From Segetibacter sp. (GTDB lineage Bacteria > Bacteroidota > Bacteroidia > Chitinophagales > Chitinophagaceae): DNA of 64,000 nucleotides. Location of the stretch: positions 7,778 to 71,777 of the forward strand of contig JAQBNN010000224.1 of assembly GCA_028288505.1 (NCBI GenBank), given 5' to 3'. The notes under the pieces are model-generated. The model was not told the origin of the DNA. It saw only the letters and a list, made by a program, of their open reading frames with translations, and did not search any database. Numbering within the stretch: position 1 is the first letter of the stretch; each line of letters starts with the position of its first letter. Shown here one piece after another: positions 27,387 to 36,247 of the stretch. The position numbers and the translations under genes were made by a program.

Positions 27387-28439
27387 TTAAGCAACTCTAA
27401 CAAAACCGTCGGACAAGATGGTAAGCTTATCAGCACCTGATTCGTTTTGTAAAAGAATACGGTCGTCACCTGCCTCAAATTGTATTAATGTTTTCTCGTT
27501 TACATCGTACACGCCATATTTATAAAGCACAGGGAATTCAGCTTGAGAAAGATCAACATTGGCTTCAAAAAAATGGTTCTCCTTAGCTCTTAATAATACC
27601 GGTTTTGTTTCATCCCAGTTATTTAAAACATTCGTACCACCTAACAAACACACAGTTTGCCCGGTTTGAATAGATGGCCCTTTAATTAGAAATTTATGGG
27701 TGAAAGTTTTAGGCTCTTTCACTTTCACATCTGTTTCGTTATCATCAGCAGCATCTTCTTCGTGCTGGTAGCTTCCTGCAATATTCCAGTTATCAACTAT
27801 GGTAATTTCGGCTTGCTTAATGCCTGATAGATCTAATTCTTTCTCACCTCCATCCTCTTCAGCAAACGCACCGTTTTCCTGTTGTAGAAGGTAGCTATAA
27901 TTTATTTTACCAGAGGCTGCTACATTAGGGAAGTTTACTTCAGCCATCCAAAATTCGTGATTTATGTATTGTAAGGGCAAAGCCTTTTTTGGATCATTGT
28001 TTCCCAACACTTCGTGGTTACCAGTAATAAAAAGAGCCTGGCCATACTTGGTATGAAACCTAAGTTTGAAAGTTACTTTCTTAGTTCCTTTACTTGGGCC
28101 AGGTGTATTATTAGTAGATCCTTTAGCTTCACTTTGTTTAGCAGGTGCGGCCTTGGTTTCTGTTATGCTAGCTTTTGCTTTTTTTACAGGAGTTGCTTTC
28201 GGCTCTACAGCTTCTACGGAAGCTTTTGCAGCAGCTGGAACTTTTGCAGCTTTTGCTTTTTTAGGAGCAACAGTTTGCTTTGTTGCTACTGTTGGTGTTG
28301 CTACAGGCTCAGCAGCTTTTTTGGGTGCAGCTTTTTTAGGAGCGGCCTTTTTTGGTGCTCCTGTTTTTTGTTCAGCAGCTTTTTTGGGTGCAGTACTTTT
28401 ATTTGGCTTATTTTCCTCGGTGTTATTATTAGCGCTCAC
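27387..28439 (-). CDS. Non-catalytic protein: Lys/Ala-rich (histone H1-like) N-terminus plus two CBM20 domains paralogous to the MalQ N-terminus
   Basis: PKKAA repeats; KKVTFKLRFHTKYGQALFITGN versus MalQ KKVTFKLRFHTKFGQRLFITGN; ends at the position where GH77 begins in MalQ. Confidence 0.8.
   Translation of the reverse strand: MSANNNTEENKPNKSTAPKKAAEQKTGAPKKAAPKKAAPKKAAEPVATPTVATKQTVAPKKAKAAKVPAAAKASVEAVEPKATPVKKAKASITETKAAPAKQSEAKGSTNNTPGPSKGTKKVTFKLRFHTKYGQALFITGNHEVLGNNDPKKALPLQYINHEFWMAEVNFPNVAASGKINYSYLLQQENGAFAEEDGGEKELDLSGIKQAEITIVDNWNIAGSYQHEEDAADDNETDVKVKEPKTFTHKFLIKGPSIQTGQTVCLLGGTNVLNNWDETKPVLLRAKENHFFEANVDLSQAEFPVLYKYGVYDVNEKTLIQFEAGDDRILLQNESGADKLTILSDGFVRVA
28312..28392 (-). 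repeat. In-frame 15-bp tandem repeat encoding (A)PKKA(A)
   Basis: GCAGCTTTTTTGGGT / GCAGCTTTTTTAGGA / GCGGCCTTTTTTGGT units on the + strand. Confidence 0.8.
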
Positions 28440-28734
28440 AATTAATAGTTTTAAGTTCGGCGAAAATAGTCAAATCAATCAATATGTGTAAGAGATGCGC
28501 TAATTACAAAATAAATATTTGGACAAAATGTTTGACAGCGTAATTTTGCTGAAACTTATAACACATGGAAGCAACTAAATCAACATCGAAATATTGGGTG
28601 TATTTCTTTATATCTCTTGCAGTAATGATCCTTATGATGATTTTTGTGCCGCACTACTTCTGGACTGTGTTACCATTTGTAGTTACTTTTTTTGCCCAGG
28701 GAATGAACCTTTTTTAATTATTAGCTTATCATAA

Positions 28735-28773
28735 AAATGATAAAACCCTCTAAATCAGAGGGTTTTATCATTT
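28735..28773 (-). terminator. Intrinsic terminator of the YqaE-like gene
   Basis: 17-bp perfect stem AAATGATAAAACCCTCT/AGAGGGTTTTATCATTT. Confidence 0.75.
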
Positions 28774-28787
28774 AATAACTTGTAGTA

Positions 28788-29204
28788 TTAAGCACCACCA
28801 AGAATAACAATTAATGAATAAATTACACCAGGAACAAAGAACAATAGAGTAAGGACTAAGCTAATCCAAAACCTGTTGTTTATTTCGCCCTCGTGTAGAT
28901 ACACAGCTAAAGGTGGTATAAACAAAGCCAGAATAACTAACAACAAAGTATTAGTTGAAGGCGCAGCACCATTGCTCTTGTCCTCTTTAAATTGCTTAAT
29001 TGCTTTTTTAGCTTCTTTTACTTTTTCCCTTTTCTCACTTTTAGACATGCTGCCTAAAGTTTTCATTGCCTCCTGAATATTTACTGAAGGCTCAGTTGTA
29101 GTAGTTGTTGTCTCCGTTTTTTTAGAAACGCTAAATGCTGCAAATGAAGTTGTTGATGTTACCATCAAAACAAACAATAAACTCCATAAGGAAAATTTTT
29201 TCAT
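28788..29204 (-). CDS. YqaE/Pmp3 family membrane protein with exported N-terminal region
   Basis: LLLVILALFIPPLAVYL...LLFFVPGVIYSL Pmp3 signature. Confidence 0.85.
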   Translation of the reverse strand: MKKFSLWSLLFVLMVTSTTSFAAFSVSKKTETTTTTTEPSVNIQEAMKTLGSMSKSEKREKVKEAKKAIKQFKEDKSNGAAPSTNTLLLVILALFIPPLAVYLHEGEINNRFWISLVLTLLFFVPGVIYSLIVILGGA

Positions 29205-29317
29205 AACTGTAGATTTAAAATGATTTCGTTGATTTGTTAAAGAAAAACAAAAAAACTATGCCACACTCTAAGCACTTCAGTTATTCAGCTTGAAAGCCCT
29301 CAACAGAACCGGGCCAA

Positions 29318-29761
29318 TTATTTGTTTACTGCGTTCCACACCACATTTGGTACATCCAAAAGATATTTAAAATCACCTCTTAAAGCTTTTAATGCGTACT
29401 TCTCTTTATCAATCTCTGCTCTTGTTCTAAAGCCTAGTTTACGTAAAATGGGTAAAGGTCTTCCCCACCCTACAACAGAGCCTGTTAGCAGCACTAGTGA
29501 TGCGGCTAAAGGTAAAGCCAACCACTTCTTATGAACCCTTAGCCCGAGCACAGTTCCTACAATAGTTACTAATGCACCTTCTGTTTGTAATACCCTTTCT
29601 ATATCCCATTCATCATCCAGTTGCATTATTCGTACGTCTATTTCATCTCTATCGTTGTAATAATGATTTATGTTTTCCTGTATCTCCACTTCCGAGCTAT
29701 TCGAGCTTTCCAAAGATGCTTCGGTAATTGTTTCCCCATTTAAAGTTTCCAAATTTTCCAT
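29318..29761 (-). CDS. DUF2892/YgaP-like membrane protein
   Basis: EWDIER, two hydrophobic segments, LRKLGFRT.AEI..EKYALKALRGDF. Confidence 0.65.
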   Translation of the reverse strand: MENLETLNGETITEASLESSNSSEVEIQENINHYYNDRDEIDVRIMQLDDEWDIERVLQTEGALVTIVGTVLGLRVHKKWLALPLAASLVLLTGSVVGWGRPLPILRKLGFRTRAEIDKEKYALKALRGDFKYLLDVPNVVWNAVNK

Positions 29762-29840
29762 GACGATTATTTTGGTGAAACTCTTTCATAATTCGTACCA
29801 AGCGAATTTTTAGGAAGAATACTAAAATTAGTTGGAGTAT

Positions 29841-29895
29841 AGTTTGTTACAGGCATAGAAACTGAATTCAACATCGTTGTGTCACTCACTTGTAC
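29841..29895 (-). repeat. Element copy 16 (B), left of Uma2
   Basis: Reverse complement reads GTACAAGTGAGTGACACAACGATGTTGAATTCAGTTTCTATGCCTGTAACAAAC. Confidence 0.9.
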
Positions 29896-29978
29896 TATTT
29901 GTTCTTTATGCATCTTCTGCGCTACATTTTAATAATACGGTATTGGTGGGAACAACCCAAAAGTTGTAAATTGTAAGT

Positions 29979-30566
29979 ATGGAAGTAAGAGAACCTCTTG
30001 TAGCATACGGAAAGAAACTCTTCACGGTAGAAGAATATCTTGAAATGGAAGAAGCTGCTATAGAAAAAAGCGAATACTATAAGGGAGAGATCTTCGCAAT
30101 GTCTGGAGCAAAGTTGCACCATAATATTATAGCTTCAAATACATTTATTGCTTTAGGTGTCAAACTTAAAGGTCAATCCTGTCAACCTTTTGGTAGTGAC
30201 ATGCGAGTACATATTGCCAAGAACACACTCTTTACTTACCCTGATATTTCAGTTGTTTGTGGTGAACCTAAAACTTTGAATAATGATGATTTCAATTTGC
30301 TAAATCCTACAATCATTATTGAAATCCTTTCTCCATCAACAAAGAATTATGATCGAGGCGATAAGTTTAAGTGGTACAGAGACATAGAAACTTTGCAAGA
30401 GTATATTTTGATCGACAGTGAAAGCATTAGCATTGAAGCTTTCAGAATAAATAAAAGAGGCTTTTGGGAGTTGCAGGAATACACTATCATCAATCAGGAA
30501 CTTACATTTCCAACTCTTCAGGTATCAATACCTTTAAAAGAAATATATGATAGGGTAGAACTTTGA
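29979..30566 (+). CDS. Uma2 (DUF820) family PD-(D/E)xK endonuclease-like protein
   Basis: [57 protein letters not shown]. Confidence 0.9.
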   Translation: MEVREPLVAYGKKLFTVEEYLEMEEAAIEKSEYYKGEIFAMSGAKLHHNIIASNTFIALGVKLKGQSCQPFGSDMRVHIAKNTLFTYPDISVVCGEPKTLNNDDFNLLNPTIIIEILSPSTKNYDRGDKFKWYRDIETLQEYILIDSESISIEAFRINKRGFWELQEYTIINQELTFPTLQVSIPLKEIYDRVEL

Positions 30567-30574
30567 ACACGAGA

Positions 30575-30663
30575 ATATGGAACACGGATTAGACGGATAA
30601 GCACGATTCTAATCCAAACAAATCTCCAAAAACCTTCCCATCCGTGTCATCCGTGTTCTATAT
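30575..30663. repeat. Long imperfect inverted repeat (CACGGAT/ATCCGTG hairpin), unrelated to the main element
   Basis: ATATGGAACACGGATTAGACGGAT (30575-30598) pairs with ATCCGTGTCATCCGTGTTCTATAT (30640-30663), with 3 mismatches. Confidence 0.8.
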
Positions 30664-30688
30664 CTTCCTGCTGAATAAAGCGATACAA

Positions 30689-30745
30689 GTACAAGGGAGT
30701 GACACAACGATGCTGAATAAATAACTAATGCTTGTTAACAAAAAA
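30689..30745 (+). repeat. Element copy 17 (B), right of Uma2
   Basis: GTACAAGGGAGTGACACAACGATGCTGAATAAATAACTAATGCTTGTTAACAAAAAA. Confidence 0.9.
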
Positions 30746-30769
30746 GCCCACCTCTTACGAGATGGGCTT
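30741..30769 (-). terminator. dnaK intrinsic terminator
   Basis: AAAAAGCCCACCTC-TTAC-GAGATGGGCTT hairpin. Confidence 0.7.
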
Positions 30770-30795
30770 CAACCTTTATATTCCTTATCAAATTC

Positions 30796-32709
30796 TTATT
30801 TCACTTCTTCAAACTCAGCATCGGTAACAGTTTCACCTGCACCAGCACCTTGACTTTGAGCACCTGCACCGCCTTGTGCATCAGCGCCAGGTTGACCAGC
30901 ACCGTCTTGAGTTGCTTTATACATGTCTTCGCTTGCAGCGGTCCATGCATTGTTCATCTCAGCAAGAGCCGCATCAATTTGTGCAAGATCTTGTGACTTG
31001 TGAGCATCTTTCAATTTAGTAAGAGCAGATTCGATAGGTGCTTTTTTATCAGCAGGTATCTTATCGCCATACTCTTTCAATTGCTTTTCGGTTTGGAAGA
31101 TTAAGCTATCGGCCTGGTTGATCTTCTCAACTTTTTCACGAGCTTCTTTGTCAGCAGCTTCGTTAGCTTTTGCTTCATTCTTCATTTTTTCAATCTCTTC
31201 TTTGCTTAAGCCGCTACCAGCTTCAATGCGAATGTTGTGAGATTTACCAGTGCCTTTATCTTTTGCAGTAACGTGTAAAATACCATTAGCATCAATATCA
31301 AAAGTTACTTCAACTTGAGGTACGCCTCTTGGTGCTGGTGGAATACCATCAAGGTTGAACATACCCAAGCTCTTATTTTGGTTAGACATCGGTCTTTCAC
31401 CTTGAAGAACATGGATTTGAACACCAGGTTGGTTATCACTTGCAGTAGAGAATACTTCTGTCTTCTTAGTTGGAATTGTTGTATTGCTCTCAATCAACTT
31501 CGTCATTACACCGCCCATTGTTTCAATACCAAGGCTTAAAGGAGTAACGTCAAGTAACAATACATCTTTAACCTCACCACTTAAAACACCACCTTGTATT
31601 GCAGCACCAATGGCAACAACTTCATCAGGGTTTACACCTCTGTTAGGCTTTTTATTAAAGAATTTTTCAACAATCTCTTGCACTTTAGGTATACGAGTAC
31701 TACCACCTACAAGAATGACTTCATCAATATCAGATGTATTATATCCTGCATCTTTTAAAGCAAGTTCACAAGGCTTTAAGCAACGTGCAAAAAGGTTGTC
31801 GGCAATTTGCTCAAATTTAGCACGGGTTAATTTTTTTACTAAGTGTTTAGGTACACCATCCCCCGCGGTTACATAAGGAAGGTTGATTTCAGTTTCTGAA
31901 GAAGAACTTAATTCAACTTTTGCTTTTTCAGCAGCTTCTTTCAAACGCTGCCAGCTCATTGGATCTTTGTGAAGATCAATTGCTTCATCTTTCTTAAACT
32001 CATCAGCTAACCAGTCCATGATCACTTTATCAAAGTCATCACCACCAAGGTGAGTATCACCATTAGTAGATTTTACTTCAAATACTCCTTCACCAAGCTC
32101 AAGAATTGAAATATCGAAAGTACCACCACCAAGGTCAAACACAGCAATCTTTTGGTCAGCATGTTTCTTATCAAGGCCATAAGCCAATGCCGCAGCAGTA
32201 GGCTCGTTTATAATTCTGCGAACATTTAAACCAGCAATTTCACCAGCTTCTTTAGTAGCCTGACGTTGTGCATCGTTAAAGTAAGCAGGTACAGTAATAA
32301 CTGCATCAGTTACTTCCTGGCCTAAGTAGTCTTCCGCAGTTTTTTTCATTTTCTGCAAAGTCATTGCACTTATCTCCTGTGGAGTATAGTGGCGGCCGTC
32401 TATGTCAATACGTACGGTATTATTGTCACCTTTAACCACTTTATAACTCCAGTGGCCAGCTTCAGTTGTTATTTCGTCAAAATTATGACCCATGAAACGC
32501 TTAACGCTCATGATAGTTTTGCCAGGGTTAGTAATAGCCTGACGCTTGGCAGGATCACCCACTTTACGCTCACCGTTGTTCAAAAAAGCTACAATACTCG
32601 GTGTCGTTCTCCTTCCCTCGTCATTAGCAATTACCACCGGCTCGTTACCTTCCATTACGGCCACGCAACTGTTGGTGGTACCAAGGTCAATTCCTATAAT
32701 CTTTCCCAT
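30796..32709 (-). CDS. dnaK: Chaperone DnaK (Hsp70)
   Basis: [33 protein letters not shown]-terminal DAEFEEVK. Confidence 0.98.
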   Translation of the reverse strand: MGKIIGIDLGTTNSCVAVMEGNEPVVIANDEGRRTTPSIVAFLNNGERKVGDPAKRQAITNPGKTIMSVKRFMGHNFDEITTEAGHWSYKVVKGDNNTVRIDIDGRHYTPQEISAMTLQKMKKTAEDYLGQEVTDAVITVPAYFNDAQRQATKEAGEIAGLNVRRIINEPTAAALAYGLDKKHADQKIAVFDLGGGTFDISILELGEGVFEVKSTNGDTHLGGDDFDKVIMDWLADEFKKDEAIDLHKDPMSWQRLKEAAEKAKVELSSSSETEINLPYVTAGDGVPKHLVKKLTRAKFEQIADNLFARCLKPCELALKDAGYNTSDIDEVILVGGSTRIPKVQEIVEKFFNKKPNRGVNPDEVVAIGAAIQGGVLSGEVKDVLLLDVTPLSLGIETMGGVMTKLIESNTTIPTKKTEVFSTASDNQPGVQIHVLQGERPMSNQNKSLGMFNLDGIPPAPRGVPQVEVTFDIDANGILHVTAKDKGTGKSHNIRIEAGSGLSKEEIEKMKNEAKANEAADKEAREKVEKINQADSLIFQTEKQLKEYGDKIPADKKAPIESALTKLKDAHKSQDLAQIDAALAEMNNAWTAASEDMYKATQDGAGQPGADAQGGAGAQSQGAGAGETVTDAEFEEVK

Positions 32710-32842
32710 ATACTTTCTTTTAGTGTTTTAATTAATTGTCATGCTCAACTTGTCAAGCATTATGCCAACGGGGTGTTAAGTGAAAAAATGGCAGACCAGC
32801 ATTTTCTAGCTGTCTTTTTTAAAATTTAGGACAAAGTAAAAG

Positions 32843-32898
32843 CACTAGGGAGCAAGCATTAGTTCTTGTTTCAGCATCGTTGTGTCACTCACTTGTAC
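32843..32898 (-). repeat. Element copy 18 (B)
   Basis: Reverse complement reads GTACAAGTGAGTGACACAACGATGCTGAAACAAGAACTAATGCTTGCTCCC. Confidence 0.9.
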
Positions 32899-33301
32899 TT
32901 ACATAACCCTTATGATCGGTTGAACTCCTGAATTTTAAATAAGCCAATTGTAATCCAAAACAGAAGAATTAATTCTCATTTCAGCATTATGGCCCCATTT
33001 TAAAATTCGCACGTTCTTTTGTAACACTACAAATTGTAAGACCACGCCTTAAACTAACCATTAGGCATTTACCGCAGCCGCCACTTAAAAGAATAGGCCT
33101 GAAAAAATGCCCTTGCATTTGTATATGTAAATTGTAGGCAAGACACAAACTGAAAGTATGCCACGCAAAAAAAAATTGTGGAATATTTCTTTACTTTTTA
33201 AATTCGAAAGGAATCACTACAGCCACAATACCTGTTGTCCTTCGTTTGCTTTTAGATCCAATTTAATTTTATTAATCACCAACAGGAGGTCTAAACCAAT
33301 A

Positions 33302-33451
33302 ATGGCCCCCTTGAAACATTTCTACTTAATGATAATTTATCAGTTGCAACGTTTTATAAAAAAGAAATATGGCAGACCGCTGGCTTTATTGATGAATGAC
33401 GATGTAATCAATGAAAACAAGTTGGAAGAGATCTATAGCTTAACTTCTTAG
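33302..33451 (+). CDS. Possible 49-aa small protein
   Basis: MAPLKHFYLMIIYQLQRFIKKKYGRPLALL...; preceded by AGGAGG; no family recognised. Confidence 0.3.
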   Translation: MAPLKHFYLMIIYQLQRFIKKKYGRPLALLMNDDVINENKLEEIYSLTS

Positions 33452-33570
33452 AAAGCGCCTACAACGCCTGTGCTTCATGAACGTTGTAAGGTGGCCGTTA
33501 ATATATTATAAAATGCAGCATTTTTTACAAGCTTACAAATAAACCCACAAAGAAAAATAGTAGTAAAACT

Positions 33571-33628
33571 TACGAACGGAGCGTCGCAAGAATGTATCAT
33601 GAGAGATACAAATGCTCGCTTCATAACC
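33571..33628 (+). repeat. Element copy 19 (C)
   Basis: GAACGGAGCGTCGCAAGAATGTATCATGAGAGATACAAATGCTCGCTTCATAACC. Confidence 0.8.
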
Positions 33629-33631
33629 TTC

Positions 33632-34129
33632 CTATTTCTGCAAAGTATGATGCTTTATCTTTTTCACTTTAAAAGTAAAATGCTTCTGGCTTAAGTAGCT
33701 AAAAGTGACCACAAAAACAGTAGTCATAATTTTTGAAAGAATCGGGTGTATGTGTAACTGCTCGATGAAGAACTTTAAGAACATATAATTAAGAGCGATA
33801 CAAGCCAGCACCATAGAAAAATACCTGATAAGCTGCACCCTTCCCCTAATTGTGCTTTCACTAAATACGAGGTAGCGACTGTAATAAAAGCCAATAGGAA
33901 ATGTAATGCAGAAAGCCGCTATCATTGCAGCAATGTGTGGAGTAATTGCGAAGTACTCGAAATGCATTATTCCATTTCGGTTAAACCTTTGCTCGAAAAT
34001 GCCAAAAAGTGTAATATCAAGTAATGTATTAGTTCCCCCACAGGCAGCATAACGGTAAGTCTGCAAAGGCATAAACCTTTTGAAAATCGGGTAAAACAAG
34101 TCTATTATCTTAAGAAGAAAATTGTTCAT
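33632..34129 (-). CDS. GtrA family membrane protein
   Basis: QTYRYAACGGTNTLLD, FYYSRYLVF, QKHFTF; ATG at 34129 avoids overlap with argS. Confidence 0.85.
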   Translation of the reverse strand: MNNFLLKIIDLFYPIFKRFMPLQTYRYAACGGTNTLLDITLFGIFEQRFNRNGIMHFEYFAITPHIAAMIAAFCITFPIGFYYSRYLVFSESTIRGRVQLIRYFSMVLACIALNYMFLKFFIEQLHIHPILSKIMTTVFVVTFSYLSQKHFTFKVKKIKHHTLQK

Positions 34130-34203
34130 TGTTCCAGTCTTACTTATAGGGCCGCGAAGATAAGAGTTGTAAATTGTACTTTTACTGCCCAAACAATTAA
34201 AGA

Positions 34204-36096
34204 ATGAGTGTTGTTGCCCAAATAAAGATCGCTGCTTCAAAAGTTATAAATGAACTATACCATGTTTCTCTTACCAAAAACGAAGTGCTGGTAAATGCTA
34301 CTAAACCAGAATTTGAAGGCGAGTATACTATTGTTTTATTCTCATTTGTAAAGCAATTAAAGAAATCGCCAGAGGCTTTAGGAAATGAAATTGGAAAGTT
34401 GCTGATCGAAAATAATCCTGGTTTATTAACCGGTTATAATGTAATTAAAGGTTTCTTAAACTTACTAATAGCCGAAGATTACTGGACGAACTTTTTGCAC
34501 GAGCAATTTTCAAACAGAGGTTTTGGCAGCAGTCCTAAAAATGGTAAGAGAGTGATGGTTGAATACTCCTCGCCTAATACCAACAAGCCTTTACACCTCG
34601 GGCATCTAAGAAATAATTTCCTTGGATGGAGTACGGGTCAAATCCTGGAGATGAACGGTTATGACGTAATTAAAACCTGCATCGTAAACGACCGAGGAAT
34701 TCATATTTGCAAAAGTATGATTGCATGGCAAAAACATGCCAACGGCGCAACACCAGAAAGTACCGGCAAAAAGGGCGATCATTTAGTAGGAGATTTTTAT
34801 GTACGGTTTGAAGAGGATTTGAAAGCTGAAGCAGCATACCTGTTAGACCAATTATTAAGCAGGCAGCTAGAAGGATTTACTGAAGCAGAAGAAACCAAAA
34901 TAATGGGTTTACTTGATGCTATGGACCATGCAAGCCATGCCCAGGATAAAGAAAAATACAACGGTATTCAAAATGAACTAAATGAAATAGCTCGGAACAA
35001 CACGCCTATTATGAAAGAAGCGAAACAAATGCTTCTGAAGTGGGAACAAGGCGATGAAGAAGTATTGAGCTTGTGGCGTAAAATGAATGCCTGGGTGTAC
35101 AAAGGTTTCGAGGAAACTTACAAACGGATCGGCAGCGATTTCCAAAAGACATACTACGAAAGCGATCTCTATCTTTTAGGAAAAGACATTGTAGAAGAGG
35201 GTTTACAAAAGGGTGTTCTATTTAAAAAGGAAGACGGAAGTGTTTGGATAGACCTTACAGCAGAAGGTCTTGATGAAAAGCTCGTTCTACGTAAGGACGG
35301 AACTTCTGTATATATTACGCAAGACCTTGGTTTAGCCCAATTAAAATTCGAAGAATTTAAGACAGACCAAAGTATTTATGTAATTGCCGACGAGCAGAAC
35401 TACCACATGAAGGTGCTTAAACTAATCATGCAAAAACTAGGAGCTCCTTATGCCGAAGGTATATTTCATTTAAGTTATGGAATGGTTGAACTGCCAAGTG
35501 GTAAAATGAAAAGCCGTGAGGGAACCGTGGTAGATGCAGATAACCTGGTAGATGAAATGCTGGCAATTGCCGAGGAAAAAACAAAAGAATTAGGTAAGGT
35601 TGACGACTTTGATGAACAAGAATTAAAAACGCTTTACAACACAATTGGCCTTGGCGCATTAAAATTCTTCCTGCTTAGGGTCGATCCAAAAAAGAGGATA
35701 ATATTTAACCCTGCTGAAAGTATCGAACTCCAGGGTTTCACTGGTCCTTTCATACAATATACGCATGCACGTATTAAAAGTATCTTACGAAAAGAGTACC
35801 CAAATGGAAGTGCTTTAACCGGTAATTTGTTGCCGGCAGAAAAAGATGTTTTAGTGCATTTAGAAACCTTTCCATTGGTGGTACAAGAAGCAGCAACAGA
35901 GCTTGATCCTTCAAAAATTGCTATCTATATTTTCAATTTGGCCCAGCTCTTTAATTCGTTTTATACCAAACATTCAATTGCCAACGCGGAGAGTGCGGAA
36001 AAGAAAGAGCTACGATTACAACTGGCGCAACTAACTGCACAAGCAATAAAAAATGGGATGTATTTACTCGGAGTTGCAGTGCCAGAAAGAATGTAA
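34204..36096 (+). CDS. argS: Arginyl-tRNA synthetase
   Basis: EYSSPNTNKPLHLGH (HIGH motif), KMKSREG, GPFIQYTHARI, C-terminal VPERM. Confidence 0.97.
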   Translation: MSVVAQIKIAASKVINELYHVSLTKNEVLVNATKPEFEGEYTIVLFSFVKQLKKSPEALGNEIGKLLIENNPGLLTGYNVIKGFLNLLIAEDYWTNFLHEQFSNRGFGSSPKNGKRVMVEYSSPNTNKPLHLGHLRNNFLGWSTGQILEMNGYDVIKTCIVNDRGIHICKSMIAWQKHANGATPESTGKKGDHLVGDFYVRFEEDLKAEAAYLLDQLLSRQLEGFTEAEETKIMGLLDAMDHASHAQDKEKYNGIQNELNEIARNNTPIMKEAKQMLLKWEQGDEEVLSLWRKMNAWVYKGFEETYKRIGSDFQKTYYESDLYLLGKDIVEEGLQKGVLFKKEDGSVWIDLTAEGLDEKLVLRKDGTSVYITQDLGLAQLKFEEFKTDQSIYVIADEQNYHMKVLKLIMQKLGAPYAEGIFHLSYGMVELPSGKMKSREGTVVDADNLVDEMLAIAEEKTKELGKVDDFDEQELKTLYNTIGLGALKFFLLRVDPKKRIIFNPAESIELQGFTGPFIQYTHARIKSILRKEYPNGSALTGNLLPAEKDVLVHLETFPLVVQEAATELDPSKIAIYIFNLAQLFNSFYTKHSIANAESAEKKELRLQLAQLTAQAIKNGMYLLGVAVPERM

Positions 36097-36154
36097 ATTT
36101 TTCGGGAACCCGCATTTGTATTTCATGCGTCATCGTTGTGTCACTCACTTGTAC
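36097..36154 (-). repeat. Element copy 20 (B); abuts the argS stop and lies left of the Uma2 pseudogene
   Basis: Reverse complement reads GTACAAGTGAGTGACACAACGATGACGCATGAAATACAAATGCGGGTTCCCGAAAAAT. Confidence 0.9.
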
Positions 36155-36247
36155 ATTTAATTCTAATGGCAGCTGGTCGCAGTCCTTTTACCTGGTTACT
36201 AAAGCTCAGCTTGCTTTAGGTTCTTGCTAATATTAGTAACTTTAATT

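Noticed and set aside
27387-28439. CBM20 ORF as a frameshifted second malQ
   Set aside because: No GH77 sequence follows the stop in any frame; only about 275 nt of intergenic DNA with the element doublet lies before malQ.
32710-32842. CIRCE/HrcA operator upstream of dnaK
   Set aside because: No TTAGCACTC-N9-GAGTGCTAA match on either strand.
33151-33169. Possible 34th element copy (TGAAAGTATGCCACGCAAA)
   Set aside because: Only a partial core resemblance with no 3' box, so it was not counted.
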